In this document: piece after piece, positions 21,582 to 32,176 of the stretch
Layout of the letters: each line of letters begins with the position of its first letter
Numbering within the stretch: the first letter of the stretch is position 1
NCBI GenBank assembly: GCA_002811645.1
Contig: PDIP01000036.1
Coordinates: 1 to 64,000, forward strand
Reading direction: 5' to 3'
DNA: 64,000 nt
Source of the DNA: Corallochytrium limacisporum Hawaii
Lineage: Eukaryota > Protista > Pluriformea
Notes under the pieces: generated by a model
Told to the model about the DNA's origin: nothing
The model's database searches: none
Seen by the model: only the letters and a program-made list of their open reading frames with translations
Position numbers and translations under genes: made by a program

Positions 21582-22325
21582 TTATGCCTGAGGAGCAGGG
21601 ACCTGCTGAGGAGCCTGCTGGGCCATAGGGTCCTGAGGCTTGGTACGGTTCTCAGAGGTGGGCACGGTGGGGGTGACTTCCTCCTTGGGGTCCAGGATCT
21701 GAATAACATCGGGCAGAGGCTTGCGGGGACCCTGCTTGCCGCTGGGGTCGTGGGGCAGCATAATCTTGACCTTGATACCGAGCACACCCTGGCGCAACAG
21801 AACGTGGCGGATGGCAGTGTCGATGTACTCCCGAGTGGGCTGACCAGAGTGGATCATGAAACCGTCAACAAACTTCATGCTCTTGGCACGCTGGGCCCGC
21901 AGCTTTCCGCTAACAATAACTTCGCATCCCTTAGCCTCAGACTCCATGATGAAGCGCAGAACACCGTAGCAAGCACGGCGGACGGCGAGACCTCCGAGCA
22001 GTTTGTAGCGCAGAGACTCGCACTGGGCAATAGCGCAGAGACCACGGTTGGCAACCTTCTCGGCGTACAGCTCAACGGTGTTGTCGTTGAACTGGAAACG
22101 CTTCTGGACAACAGAGGTCAACTCGCGAATGCGGCGTCCCTTGTCTCCCAAGACATTCTGGGGACGAGTAGCACGGATGATAATCTCGGTACGGATGGGG
22201 GTAGTGCGCAGCTCAACGCCAGAGTATCCCTCCTCGGCCAATTCCCGGGTCAAGAACTCGTTCAGTTCGGCGAAGAAAACGCCATCGGCGACAAACTTGC
22301 GCTTCTTGGACAGGAGCTTCTGCAT
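21582..22325 (-). CDS. RPS3: 40S ribosomal protein S3 (uS3)
   Basis: [66 protein letters not shown]. Confidence 0.99.
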   Translation of the reverse strand: MQKLLSKKRKFVADGVFFAELNEFLTRELAEEGYSGVELRTTPIRTEIIIRATRPQNVLGDKGRRIRELTSVVQKRFQFNDNTVELYAEKVANRGLCAIAQCESLRYKLLGGLAVRRACYGVLRFIMESEAKGCEVIVSGKLRAQRAKSMKFVDGFMIHSGQPTREYIDTAIRHVLLRQGVLGIKVKIMLPHDPSGKQGPRKPLPDVIQILDPKEEVTPTVPTSENRTKPQDPMAQQAPQQVPAPQA

Positions 22326-22414
22326 GTTGAATTATAAAATATTGATCCCGATATGTATAAATATGCAAGGTACCTTTTCCAATGCTTGTGTGAGACACTA
22401 TTCTGATGACAAGT

Positions 22415-22422
22415 CTTTTATA
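22415..22422 (-). promoter_or_regulatory. TATA-box candidate for RPS3
   Basis: Minus-strand TATAAAAG about 90 nt upstream of the RPS3 ATG. Confidence 0.3.
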
Positions 22423-23247
22423 GCCCTTATGATCACAAGCCTATATAAAATATTGTAATGCCATTACACTGGTCTGTATAATGACTCCTTTACACGAGAA
22501 CGGTGTCTCCGGAACAGAACATAGAAGAGACTCTTTGTTGCCAAAATGAGCCACTGTCTCACAGTGGAAAGTGTGTGTCTGTGTGTTGCTGTCAAGCGTC
22601 TGGGTAGACGTGCCAAGGCACAGTCCCCCGGGGGTGGAGGGTTGTGCCAAGGGATCTCTGAGGCCATAGTAAATGTACCTCACCAGCAGAACCACCTGCT
22701 CTCAATCGGAGCGGTGGGGCCGTCCCGAGGCGCTTCTTCAGGGCTGACTCTTGGCTCCTCTGTTTCCCCTTGGCCGTCACCTCCGTGGGCGGCGGAGGGT
22801 GAACAACTGCAATTTTGTTCGGAGATAATCGAAGAAATGTAATTCATTTACTACTTCTGTGAATGCCTTCTCTTTGAAGATGAGCAGGAAGCAGGGGTAG
22901 GTTGAGAAAAAAGGACGATGGAGTGCTGTCCCTTGCAGCACTCTTTTGAAAGGTTTTGAGGCCTCCTCAAGAGTTTGACGACCTCCCGTCCACCCACCAC
23001 TGCCCTTGGTTTTGCCTATACTGAAAGTATAGGGAACCCTCACGGACGGCGGAGGCGCCCCATACATTGACTATGTAGAGTACATTTATTACGCAGTTCG
23101 AGAGAGAGTCGGATCATGTATATTCAGTATGAAATTTCCGGTCCCCCTCAAACTGCCCGTTTTCGACGAAAATAGAGCCTTACAGAAAAAACAGAAAAAT
23201 AGAGAGAGAAAAAATTCCAGACAATTTCCAATTTTGTGTGTTCTCGT

Positions 23248-23268
23248 TTGTGTGTGTGTGTGTGTGTG
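23248..23268. repeat. (GT)n microsatellite
   Basis: Direct TG dinucleotide run. Confidence 0.9.
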
Positions 23269-23581
23269 TTTTCTGGGACCCCCGGAAGAGAGGGCCATGG
23301 CGGCGCCCTCTCCAGAGGGAACCGCGGAAAGGGAGGGGGGGCGGGGGAGGGAAACGTGGAAGAGCCAATCTGGTGGTGAACTGCTGGCGGAGGAAGCGCG
23401 GGCTCGCGCGACATTCTCGTCTATTGATTGTCAACATGATCCGGTACCGGCGGTCTCCAACTACGGGGTGACTTTTGTGTGTGGAGAGCATGTGATTCTT
23501 TTTGACAACATTGAACTAAGTATGTGATATACATATATACGTGTGTGTGTGTGTATATACGCCTAGATAGGCCATTGCTCG

Positions 23582-24700
23582 CTATGCGTGGAAATTCTCG
23601 TAGAGGATTTGATATGTTAGTTCAAGCTCCTCTTCTGTGTAGTCCTCAGTACTGAGAACCTTGCGGCCTGCAATTGACAGAAGGGAAGGAACATCGAGGT
23701 AGATTCGATGTGTTTTGTTAGTGCGCAAGCGCCCTCCAGCATCGAGACAGCCACCAAAGACATACAGGCAGCCGTTCACAGTGGCTACGGTCGCGTGGAA
23801 GTTACGCGGCCCAGGAGAGTGACGACCAGCAGAGTCACAGAGAGCCCACCGCATGGTGTCCAGGTTCAATCGCCAAAGATCCTGGAATGTGGTCTTGCCA
23901 TCGGTGCCTCCAAACATGAAAATTTTATCCCCGTAGATATCCACAGAGTGGCACCGACGCGGAGCAGGGTATCCGTGAACTGAGTCCGCTTGACATGACC
24001 ATTCGCTCCATTCCTCGGCTTCGTAGTTGAATGCGTAGACATCCAAAAACGCGCTACGGTCACAGTAGGGGTCTGGTCTACCACCACCGACCACAATAAA
24101 TTTGTCCTTCATGTGCACGACACGATGACAGTATCTGCCCTTTGGTGCCCATGGCACAATAAGCTGTGTCCACTCTCGAGTGTCCAAATCGAACTTGCAG
24201 ACCTCATCAAAAAATTTGTGCCCTGACGTTCCACCATAGACATATAGACTGTTCCTGCGGAGACTAAAGGTTAAGCTCTGCCCGTAGCGTGGTGCCGGCA
24301 GCACCCTTCCGTTTCCTTTGGAGAGCAGGGTCCATTCCAGTGTGTCCACATCCAGGACATAGAGTTTGCTGCTATTGCTCAGTCCGAAGCGGTGCCCACT
24401 GCCTCCAAACAGATACATTTTGTTCTCAACAAGCACCGCAGAGTGCGAAGTAAGCTCCCCGGGCAGGTCACCGGTTGTCTCTAATCTTTCCCATTCCCAG
24501 TAGAGCAAGTCTAGTCGCCACAGATCAGAGTAGCAGACACCATTGTCGTACCCACCGTAGATGTACAGATAGTGTCCATTGCTCACTGCCGAGTGCCCTG
24601 AACGCTCTGTGACAGGAGGATTTGTTTGTTGGCACTCAATCCAACCACCAAAGCGGGAAATATCAGTCCGCCAGCTCGGTGCTCCCCAACGTCTATCCAT
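23582..24700 (-). CDS. KLHDC10: Kelch domain-containing protein 10 (CRL2 substrate receptor)
   Basis: First ATG 24700; six kelch repeats (RSGH...YIYGGY, LFGGSG, YGQS...VYGGTSG, GYPAPRRCHS, NFHA...GCLYVFGG); C-terminal BC-box VPSLLSIA. Confidence 0.88.
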   Translation of the reverse strand: MDRRWGAPSWRTDISRFGGWIECQQTNPPVTERSGHSAVSNGHYLYIYGGYDNGVCYSDLWRLDLLYWEWERLETTGDLPGELTSHSAVLVENKMYLFGGSGHRFGLSNSSKLYVLDVDTLEWTLLSKGNGRVLPAPRYGQSLTFSLRRNSLYVYGGTSGHKFFDEVCKFDLDTREWTQLIVPWAPKGRYCHRVVHMKDKFIVVGGGRPDPYCDRSAFLDVYAFNYEAEEWSEWSCQADSVHGYPAPRRCHSVDIYGDKIFMFGGTDGKTTFQDLWRLNLDTMRWALCDSAGRHSPGPRNFHATVATVNGCLYVFGGCLDAGGRLRTNKTHRIYLDVPSLLSIAGRKVLSTEDYTEEELELTYQILYENFHA

Positions 24701-25763
24701 TCTGTGTTCTGTTACGTACAAATACGTGACGTGGCACCCCAAACTAAATTGTTTGTTCTATTCTTTGCTTGAACACCGTCACACAAGGTATTTCTCGTAT
24801 AGTCCGCTGGTCTTTCACGGGGCCCCTTGGCAGCCAATCAGGTGTTCATATTGAATATCCTTGTCTCCAGCTACCCCTGCAAACACCTACTCTCTTGCTC
24901 AACTGGACAGCAGTGGGAAATTAACTCGCTTCCGCGGATCGTTCCCCCGAAATACCTCTGCCCACGGCCGTACTTGAAACCCACTGAACAATTGGGGTTA
25001 CGCGCGCGCGTCCAGACGAGTCATTTGAAACCCTAAACAAATAAACAGAATACTACCACAACGGGCCACCAAGAGGACAGATTTGTCGTCCACCGCACTT
25101 GTCCCATCGCCGTCGAAACACAGAAAGACAGAGGGGGGCCATGCCCTCCCCCTTTCCTTAGCATAGGGGGTCCCGGAGGGGGGGGGGTGTGGGGGAGGCA
25201 GGCAGTGGTGTGGGTGTGCAAGGAAGGGGGGGGGGGGAGGAGGGGAAGTAACGCGTCCCTCTCTGTCTGACTGTGCAGGCCCCCCCCCCGCTTGCCTTTC
25301 TTTTATCCTTATTTTCTTTTTACAAAAGACTTCCCCCTCCTCCCTTCCTTTCCTCCCTCACCTCTCTTCGCGAGACCTTCCTTTTTCTGTCTCGCCATTT
25401 CCTTCCTTTTTGTATTTTGAGGACCGCTGCGGGCAGGCTGTCCACTCTGAGCAGTCATCTGCGGGTAAGCGTGGTTATGGAAGCTCCTATTCCCTCTCAC
25501 TCTCTGTCTTCAAACCGCCGTTCTTTCTTTTCATTTTAATGGTCCGCCACTCCAAAATGTCATACTTTCTTACGCGCGGAATATTAAGTAAAAGAGGGTT
25601 AGGGTAGAGGGAGAAATTGGACACAGAGAAAAAAGAAAAGGTATCTGCTGTATTTCCCCCTTTTCTTTTCTTTTTTTTTTCAATAGTCTCCTTTCTTTTT
25701 CTTTTTTTTTCTTATGCTTTCTGGCCGCGCCCCCTTTGAAAGCTTCTTTTTTTTTCTTCTTAT

Positions 25764-25780
25764 NNNNNNNNNNNNNNNNN
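25764..25780. other. Assembly gap (17 N)
   Basis: Run of N next to a poly-G tract. Confidence 1.
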
Positions 25781-26055
25781 GGGGGGGGAAGGGGGGAGAA
25801 AGAATGTTCTTGTCTCATGCCCAACTGCGACAAAAATCAGGAAAGAGAAAAGCAAAAAAAAAAATTGCGTAGGATTTTCCCATAGTTTCAACTCAGCTGC
25901 TAAAAAAAAGCGTTCCATTTTCTTTTGCCTCGCTCGTCGTTTCACGGTCGTTTTTATGGTTGGTTGGGTGAATATCGCTTTAGTCATATCACCCGCTTCG
26001 ACGTGGGCCCCTCGGGGGTCGCTCGCTCGGGTCTTGCTGTGTGTGTCCTGCACTC

Positions 26056-26144
26056 CCTCTCCCTCTCTCTCTCTCTCTCTCCCTCTCTCTCTCTCTCTCT
26101 CCCTCTCTCTCTCTCTGTCTCTCTCTCTCTGTCTGCTCTCTCTC
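26056..26144. repeat. Imperfect (CT)n microsatellite
   Basis: About 90-nt CT/pyrimidine dinucleotide run. Confidence 0.9.
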
Positions 26145-27726
26145 GTCCCGCTTTCTTGCGCGCCCAACCGGCGGCCCGGTTGCAAACGGAGAATTTCAGG
26201 TTCAAAAAAAAAAAACAAAATGGGCTGACAGTTTTAGTTCTCATTTGTTCAGACAATCCACTCAATATATTCACTATTGATTTTCACAAATACGGAAAGG
26301 ATGGAATCTATAAAAAGACTCCCGCAGAGTACACGCTCGCGAGAAAATTCCAAAAAATGAAAAGCAAAAGAGAAAGGAAGGCGCTGGTCGCTGATTGGGT
26401 GCAAACAGTTCCGGACATTTTCTGCAGCCCCCCCCCTTTCAAAATATATATCTCCAGACTTTATCAATTTCACGCCAACTGGCAACCTTCTCCTTTTGTC
26501 TTGCGTTTTCTTTCTTTTCCCTTTGTGTTTTCTTCTTTGTGTGGAGCGGGACAACGGACCAGCCAACCACCACGACGCTTCTCCCGGCAAGACCGTTCGA
26601 GAGTGTCACGGGGGAGGAAAGGTTTCCCTAAGGTTTTTTTTTTTTGGTGGCACGCCTCCCTTACTCTCGCTCTCTCTGCTCTCCTCTGCTCTCCTCTGTG
26701 TCCTTCCGTTTACCCTTTTTCCCCCCGGACGGCTACTACTCCGTGTGGAATGGGGCCTTTATATGGTAACAGTTAGACAGCATATGGGGAGGAGTGTGTG
26801 ACAGGAAGGGATATCAGACCTTACGCTTCCTCTTCTTGTTTTCCCTTTATACTTACCTTTTCGTATACTTCGTTCCGTGATTTTTTTTCTGTCTTTGCCG
26901 TGGAGGGCTCCTCTGGCATACTTTCTCTTTGGTATTTTCTTGGCCTGCAGACAGGAAGTTTCCGTAGTATTCACTCCCCAAGCGGGGAGACTGCGGTCTC
27001 TTCCATTGTTTTCTAAGATATGGTAGCATAGATGGCACTTTGTTATTTTGCCAACTTCCGATCAAATGGCGGGGCCCTTTTGGCACTGGGCACGCGATAA
27101 CAAAAAAGAAAATGGAAAAGAAAAATTGAAAGGGGACAATGCTAAGAACCCTTTGAAAGCAGCAGCCCTGTGCTGCGATCTGCTTAGTCATCGTTAGCCA
27201 TATTTTTTTTCTTTGTGAGTGGGCCATACGGCCTCTTCCCCTATCGCGTCTGCCTCGTGCGCACCTCTGCGCAAAACGGGGAATTTTTTTATTTTACTTC
27301 TCTCCTTTCTTTCTTCTTTTCCTTTTTACTGAGCAACGTTCCCTGTGATTTCGACCGGTGTCTTTGGCCCCGAAACTTTAAAATTCCGCAGCTTTCTGCG
27401 TGGCCCCCTCCGGGGCCGCCGCCGCCGCGGGAGGGGGGAGGGTTTGGGGGGGGGGGGGCCGGATGACGGGAGGAGGTACGGTAGGGCGCAGCAAAATCCC
27501 TGCTGCTCCAGTGCCCTGCTTCGGTTGGTCGGAACAATGTAAAAAAATAATCGACAGGCCACCTCTAAAAAAAATACAAAACTTGGAAGGAAAAGGAAAA
27601 GAAAAAGAAAAAGAAAAAAAGAGGAGGAACGGGTGGAGAGATCCACTTGACTCTGTCCTTCACCCCAACTTTGACCCAACGGTTTTCCCACAGCGTGGCC
27701 AACACACACTCGCATTAAACACAAGC

Positions 27727-27762
27727 ACACACATCACACACACACACACACACACACACACA
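27727..27762. repeat. (CA)n microsatellite
   Basis: CA dinucleotide run with one interruption. Confidence 0.9.
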
Positions 27763-28326
27763 TTTGGTGGGCAGTGAGGCTGGCGTGCCTAACGGAACGC
27801 GGTAGCCCACTGTGGCTCAGTGCGCGAGACGGCGGTGTGTGTCTGTAAGGAGAAGCGAGATCCTGACCCACCCATGCCCATGGCTTTCTGCCCTTCTAGT
27901 GCGCTCATGATGATGGCATTTTATGGTTTGATCTTGGTACGCGATGGCTGCTTTAATCTGTTGTGTGAATGTGCGACGGGACTCCGCGAGTCAGCAGGGG
28001 AAGTCGGCCAAGGAGATGGCAACGGTGGGGTCCCGGTTTGAAGCAGATCATCGTGTGCTCAAGATGATTTGCAACGGGATGCTTCACCGATGTGTATATT
28101 TCTGCTTCCCGTCAGCTCACGCGTAGTTGCGTCGGAGTTGCAACCGTGTGTGTGGCATGTGTTCCCAAGTTCTGCGCATCCTTCTTATGATGTTGTCTGA
28201 TGTCCGCTGTGGTGGCTACTCAACCATAGGCCCATAAGACTAGAGGTACACTATGCCATATGTATTTCTCTCTCCTTTCAGTCTGTTAAGGGGGGGGGGT
28301 GTGGGCCGGGTCCAGTTCACTATGAT

Positions 28327-29769
28327 CTATGGACTCCTGAGGAGCTGCGTAAGAACCTCTTGCACATCATTCAGTGCATGTTCAGACTGCGATTTGGACC
28401 GAAAGTTTTTGAGCAAGAACGAGCCGGTCCCCGCCTCGCGCGGACCAATTACTATGCTTGCCGAGGCCTGCAATTGGTTCTCGGCCTTCTTGAGCTGTTT
28501 CTTCATAGATCCGGTACCTAGGATATGCAATGAGATTCCGTCAACTGCGATCGCGTTTTCGTAGGCTTTAAGGGCCGCTGCCATCACGGGATCTGTACCA
28601 GCGCTACTGTTGTCGTGGGTGAGAACCAGTGCAATACGGCCCTTGTGCTGACAGTCTTCGATCTTTGCCGCTTCGTCCTTCCATGCGTTGCTCCTTTCGG
28701 TCATTGTGATGCGCAAACGGTCAACGCCAGCGGCCCAACCCACAGCAGGCAAGCTGCGAGGTGCTCCCATCTTGTGCAAGAGATCATTGTACCGGCCTCC
28801 CGCCAGTACTGCCGTCTGACTGCTTCCCAGACCGTCGCCAATAACTTCAAAGACCATCCCTGTGTAGTAGTCGAGCCCTCGCACCAAGTGGTGATCAATC
28901 TCATAGGGAATGCCGATGACATCTAAGCCATTGCACACGGCATTGAAGTGGGCACGAGAGCTATCTGTAATTGCATGCTCCAAGATCTTGGGTGCACCTT
29001 CCTTGAGCAGTTCTTGGTCGCCCAGGTCCTTGGAGTCCAATATCCGCAGCACTGCGTTGGCTTGCAAGCGGGTCAATGAAGCCGTACTCAAGCGGTCTTT
29101 GTGGGCTGTGAGATACTCCGTGAGCTGCTGAATATACTTAGAACGTGTTTCACTATCTCCCAGTGTGTGCAAGAGCAACTTGCAGTGATCGGTAACGCGA
29201 ATCGCCTCCAGACACTTCCATGCACAGGCGATGGCTTCGGCGTCTGCGATGGGATGTTCGGGACCGATATGCTCAATTCCAAACTGACGAAACTGGCGAT
29301 ATCGACCCTTCTGCGGCCGCTCTCTACGAAACATCGGTCCATTGTACCACAATTTCAATGATCCACGCTCGAACAAGCGGTGCTGTACCACTGCGCGAGC
29401 TACACCTGCGGTGCCCTCTGGACGCAGACAGACTTCCTTCTCGCCCTGATCAGTCCAGTGGAACATTTCTTTCAGGACGATATCACTATCCATACCTAGG
29501 GACTTTTTGTACACGTCAACTTGCTCTACCATAGGTGTGTTGAAATGCTCGTAACCGAACCCACTAACAGTCTTGCTGAACTGCTGGCCGATCCAACTCG
29601 TGGCTGCTTCTTCCATACCAAAGCTGTCGTGCATACCACGGACGCTTTCGAATTCTTTATCAAGTTGCCGACTGGTTGTTTGAATACTACGACGTATACG
29701 AGTGGCTCCCTGCGGTGCCCTCATTGTCTTAAACGCGCCATTCACAAGCGCACGAGGTATCCGTGTCAT
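28327..29769 (-). CDS. hisS: Histidyl-tRNA synthetase, bacterial type, probably mitochondrial
   Basis: VRGMHD, SDIVLKEMF, LRPEGTAGVARA, GPMFRRERPQKGRYRQFRQFG, LVRGLDYY, GGRYNDL, AVGWAAGVDRL; Arg-rich, acid-free N-terminal presequence. Confidence 0.95.
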   Translation of the reverse strand: MTRIPRALVNGAFKTMRAPQGATRIRRSIQTTSRQLDKEFESVRGMHDSFGMEEAATSWIGQQFSKTVSGFGYEHFNTPMVEQVDVYKKSLGMDSDIVLKEMFHWTDQGEKEVCLRPEGTAGVARAVVQHRLFERGSLKLWYNGPMFRRERPQKGRYRQFRQFGIEHIGPEHPIADAEAIACAWKCLEAIRVTDHCKLLLHTLGDSETRSKYIQQLTEYLTAHKDRLSTASLTRLQANAVLRILDSKDLGDQELLKEGAPKILEHAITDSSRAHFNAVCNGLDVIGIPYEIDHHLVRGLDYYTGMVFEVIGDGLGSSQTAVLAGGRYNDLLHKMGAPRSLPAVGWAAGVDRLRITMTERSNAWKDEAAKIEDCQHKGRIALVLTHDNSSAGTDPVMAAALKAYENAIAVDGISLHILGTGSMKKQLKKAENQLQASASIVIGPREAGTGSFLLKNFRSKSQSEHALNDVQEVLTQLLRSP

Positions 29770-30355
29770 GATACCCCTTTGGAACCAGTGTCATCCCACA
29801 TTACCTAACATTTGGTCAGACAACTTATTGACATTCAGATCAACTTGCGTCTGATCACAGCGCATGTCTTTGGTATCGTGAGTACCTGTCATACTCATAT
29901 TTGTAATCATAGAAATGAGCTGAGTTTGGTATTGAATCCAGACGTCTACGTCATTTGCTGGTCCGTTCTGGGCCACCACTGACCATTGCACGAACGGACG
30001 TTTCCCGGCGCGTGCGGGTCTCTGAGGGGTTCGCAGGTCAACTGTCTCCTCAGGTGGAAGTGAAAATGTTGATTAGACTCCGCCCCTCAAGGCCAAACCA
30101 CCCACCCCCGGGTTGGGGGGAGAGGCAGAGCGCGAATTGATGGTGGGGAGCACTAATTGGAGACTGCTGCCAGGGAGAGGGGCAAGTGGCGTTGGCAAAA
30201 CACTCCTCTGTTTCGGACCGGTTTTCGATCCAGCAGATCCCTGTCCTTTCACTTGCGGGTTACCCTTGCGCATGCCTATGGACTCGAGGACAGGATGAGA
30301 TGGTTGGTGATGGGTATGTAAAGGGGCGTGCAGCACTCACACAGAGCTTACCATC

Positions 30356-30403
30356 ATGAATAGCGGACAAAACGGTGGAACACACGCTCTGATCTACTCT
30401 TGA
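30356..30403 (+). promoter_or_regulatory. uORF MNSGQNGGTHALIYS* ending 4 nt before the deacetylase ATG
   Basis: atcATG at 30356, TGA at 30401-30403, main ATG at 30408. Inclusion in the mRNA is unknown. Confidence 0.4.
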
Positions 30404-30407
30404 AGTC

Positions 30408-31523
30408 ATGCAGGAACTGAAGAAGCCTTTGGAGGTGATCTGGACCCCCCTGCACCAAAAACATGCACCGCCAGTTGAATTTTACGCGATAGATGGTCTC
30501 TTCCCCCACCATGAGCATCCAGGTAGAGTGAAGAATATCGTGGAGGCTTTGCGCAAACTAGGTGCGGCATCAGATGGCAGGGTTATTTTCCACGACGATG
30601 TCCCCAACTACAGCGAGGGTGAAGAGTACATCCGCAAAGTGCACGATGCGGATATGGTCGACTTCATCAAGGTCGCCTATGAGAAGACCAAGGAAGCGAA
30701 TGGTGGCGTAGATCTGAAATATGGTGTGATGCCTGAGGTGTTCAACATTGCGAGTGGTGGAACGGACAAGAAAAAGCGAGGTGCCATGAAATCCAAGAGC
30801 TATGTGGCACGCATGGGCTATTTTTGCTTTGACACCTATACCGGTATTGTGGCGGATACTTTTGAACAGGCCTGCGGAGCCGCTGCAATTGCCATTGCTG
30901 CTGTGCGTATGGCCGTGAACAAGGGCAATGACGTGCGTGTCTACGGTCTTTGTCGCCCACCGGGCCATCACGCCGGTCGCGGTTTCTTCGGCGGGTACTG
31001 CTACTTCAATAACGCGGCCATAGCCGCGGAGGTGCTGCGTAAAGAGTTCCAGGCACGGAAGGTGTGCATCCTCGACGTCGACTACCACCACGGCAACGGT
31101 ACACAGGAGATCTACTATGACGATGAAGAAGTTCTCTACGTGAGTTTGCATGCCGATCCAGAGTTTGAGTATCCCACCATTGCCGGTAGCGCCGAGGAAA
31201 CGAAGCCGGGATCGTGCATTAATGTACCGCTGCCGGAGGGTACAGATATTGTAGCTTACCGCAACGCTTTGGTCGAGAAGGCACTGCCCCCTATAAGAGA
31301 ATTTGCACCGGAGTATGTTGTCATCAGTCTTGGTCTGGATATTCAAAAGGACGACCCCCAAGGCAAGTTCGCCTTGCTACCGACAGACTTCGCCGTATTG
31401 GGAGAGACGATTGCACAAGCCTTCCCCAAGATACCCATCATTACCCTGGCAGAAGGTGGATACAAAGTAGACACTCTGGGAGACTGTGCTGTACAATTTT
31501 TCCAGGGATTATGCAATAACTAA
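30408..31523 (+). CDS. HDAC-family zinc deacetylase, acetylpolyamine amidohydrolase (AphA)-like
   Basis: GYFCFDT, LCRPPGHHA, GGYCYFNNAAIAA, ILDVDYHHGNGTQEIYY, VSLHADP, SLGLD, EGGY. Confidence 0.9.
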   Translation: MQELKKPLEVIWTPLHQKHAPPVEFYAIDGLFPHHEHPGRVKNIVEALRKLGAASDGRVIFHDDVPNYSEGEEYIRKVHDADMVDFIKVAYEKTKEANGGVDLKYGVMPEVFNIASGGTDKKKRGAMKSKSYVARMGYFCFDTYTGIVADTFEQACGAAAIAIAAVRMAVNKGNDVRVYGLCRPPGHHAGRGFFGGYCYFNNAAIAAEVLRKEFQARKVCILDVDYHHGNGTQEIYYDDEEVLYVSLHADPEFEYPTIAGSAEETKPGSCINVPLPEGTDIVAYRNALVEKALPPIREFAPEYVVISLGLDIQKDDPQGKFALLPTDFAVLGETIAQAFPKIPIITLAEGGYKVDTLGDCAVQFFQGLCNN

Positions 31524-31583
31524 AATATAACGTGATTTATATCGTTCTTTACCTTCACCATTTGAATTGTATTCTTCGCCCTC

Positions 31584-31832
31584 CTAGCCCAGATCTGAAA
31601 CTCCAAAATGTTTATGTACTTCCTTGACCGTTTGCATCCTAAGCTCCGCCAGCTGACCAAATATCTTTTGTCCTAAGTCTTTGGCTTCGTTGTAGTCATG
31701 GATCTTCTGTTTCAGTGATTCAGCTTCTTCCGTTGGCATTTGTTCCTTAAGCTCTGCCAGCTGGGACAGCAGATCGGCTTCCTTCTCCCGCAGGTCATCC
31801 AGCTTACTCCTCTGTAGCGCCTTGTACACCAT
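31584..31832 (-). CDS. SWI5: DNA repair protein Swi5/Sae3
   Basis: 82 aa coiled coil ending IHDYNEAKDLGQKIFGQLAELRMQTVKEVHKHFGV (Swi5 LH.YNE.KD.GQ.L.G.LA signature). Confidence 0.9.
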   Translation of the reverse strand: MVYKALQRSKLDDLREKEADLLSQLAELKEQMPTEEAESLKQKIHDYNEAKDLGQKIFGQLAELRMQTVKEVHKHFGVSDLG

Positions 31833-32176
31833 GCTTTCATGTTCTACGAGTGGTTAATATCTTCACAACCACTACTCCGTGCTCATTAGCCAACACAATC
31901 TTGTACCCACAAAGGGTGTGCGACGCTGTTCTAGCCTCACCCCGCCCGGCGGTGGCTATCGCACGGGAGCCCTCCCCTCCCCCAATTTTCCAAACCCTTC
32001 GCGCCCCATTCCAGCAGTGGCTGTTGAGGACATGCCAGGGCTACTTCAATGCAATGGATCGTGATTATGCTTCATGCAAACTACAAACACTTCTACTTAA
32101 ATATCTGCGCTTAGGACGCGATGTTTTAAGAAGGTAATGACGTGTAGAACACCAGGGTAATCGACCCGTCTGCTTA

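Noticed and set aside
22384-22440. 7-bp terminal inverted repeat (GCTTGTG/CACAAGC) upstream of RPS3 as a box C/D snoRNA
   Set aside because: C and D boxes are non-canonical on both strands, and it overlaps the likely TATA/TSS region.
25925-26776. 283-aa ORF here and 304-aa ORF at 58272-59186
   Set aside because: They run through microsatellites and homopolymers, have non-ATG starts and non-protein-like composition.
32054-32176. Short ORF in frame with the ankyrin gene, as a possible first exon or readthrough
   Set aside because: It is separated by tandem TAA TGA, and the nearby acceptors for the 32134 donor do not preserve frame.
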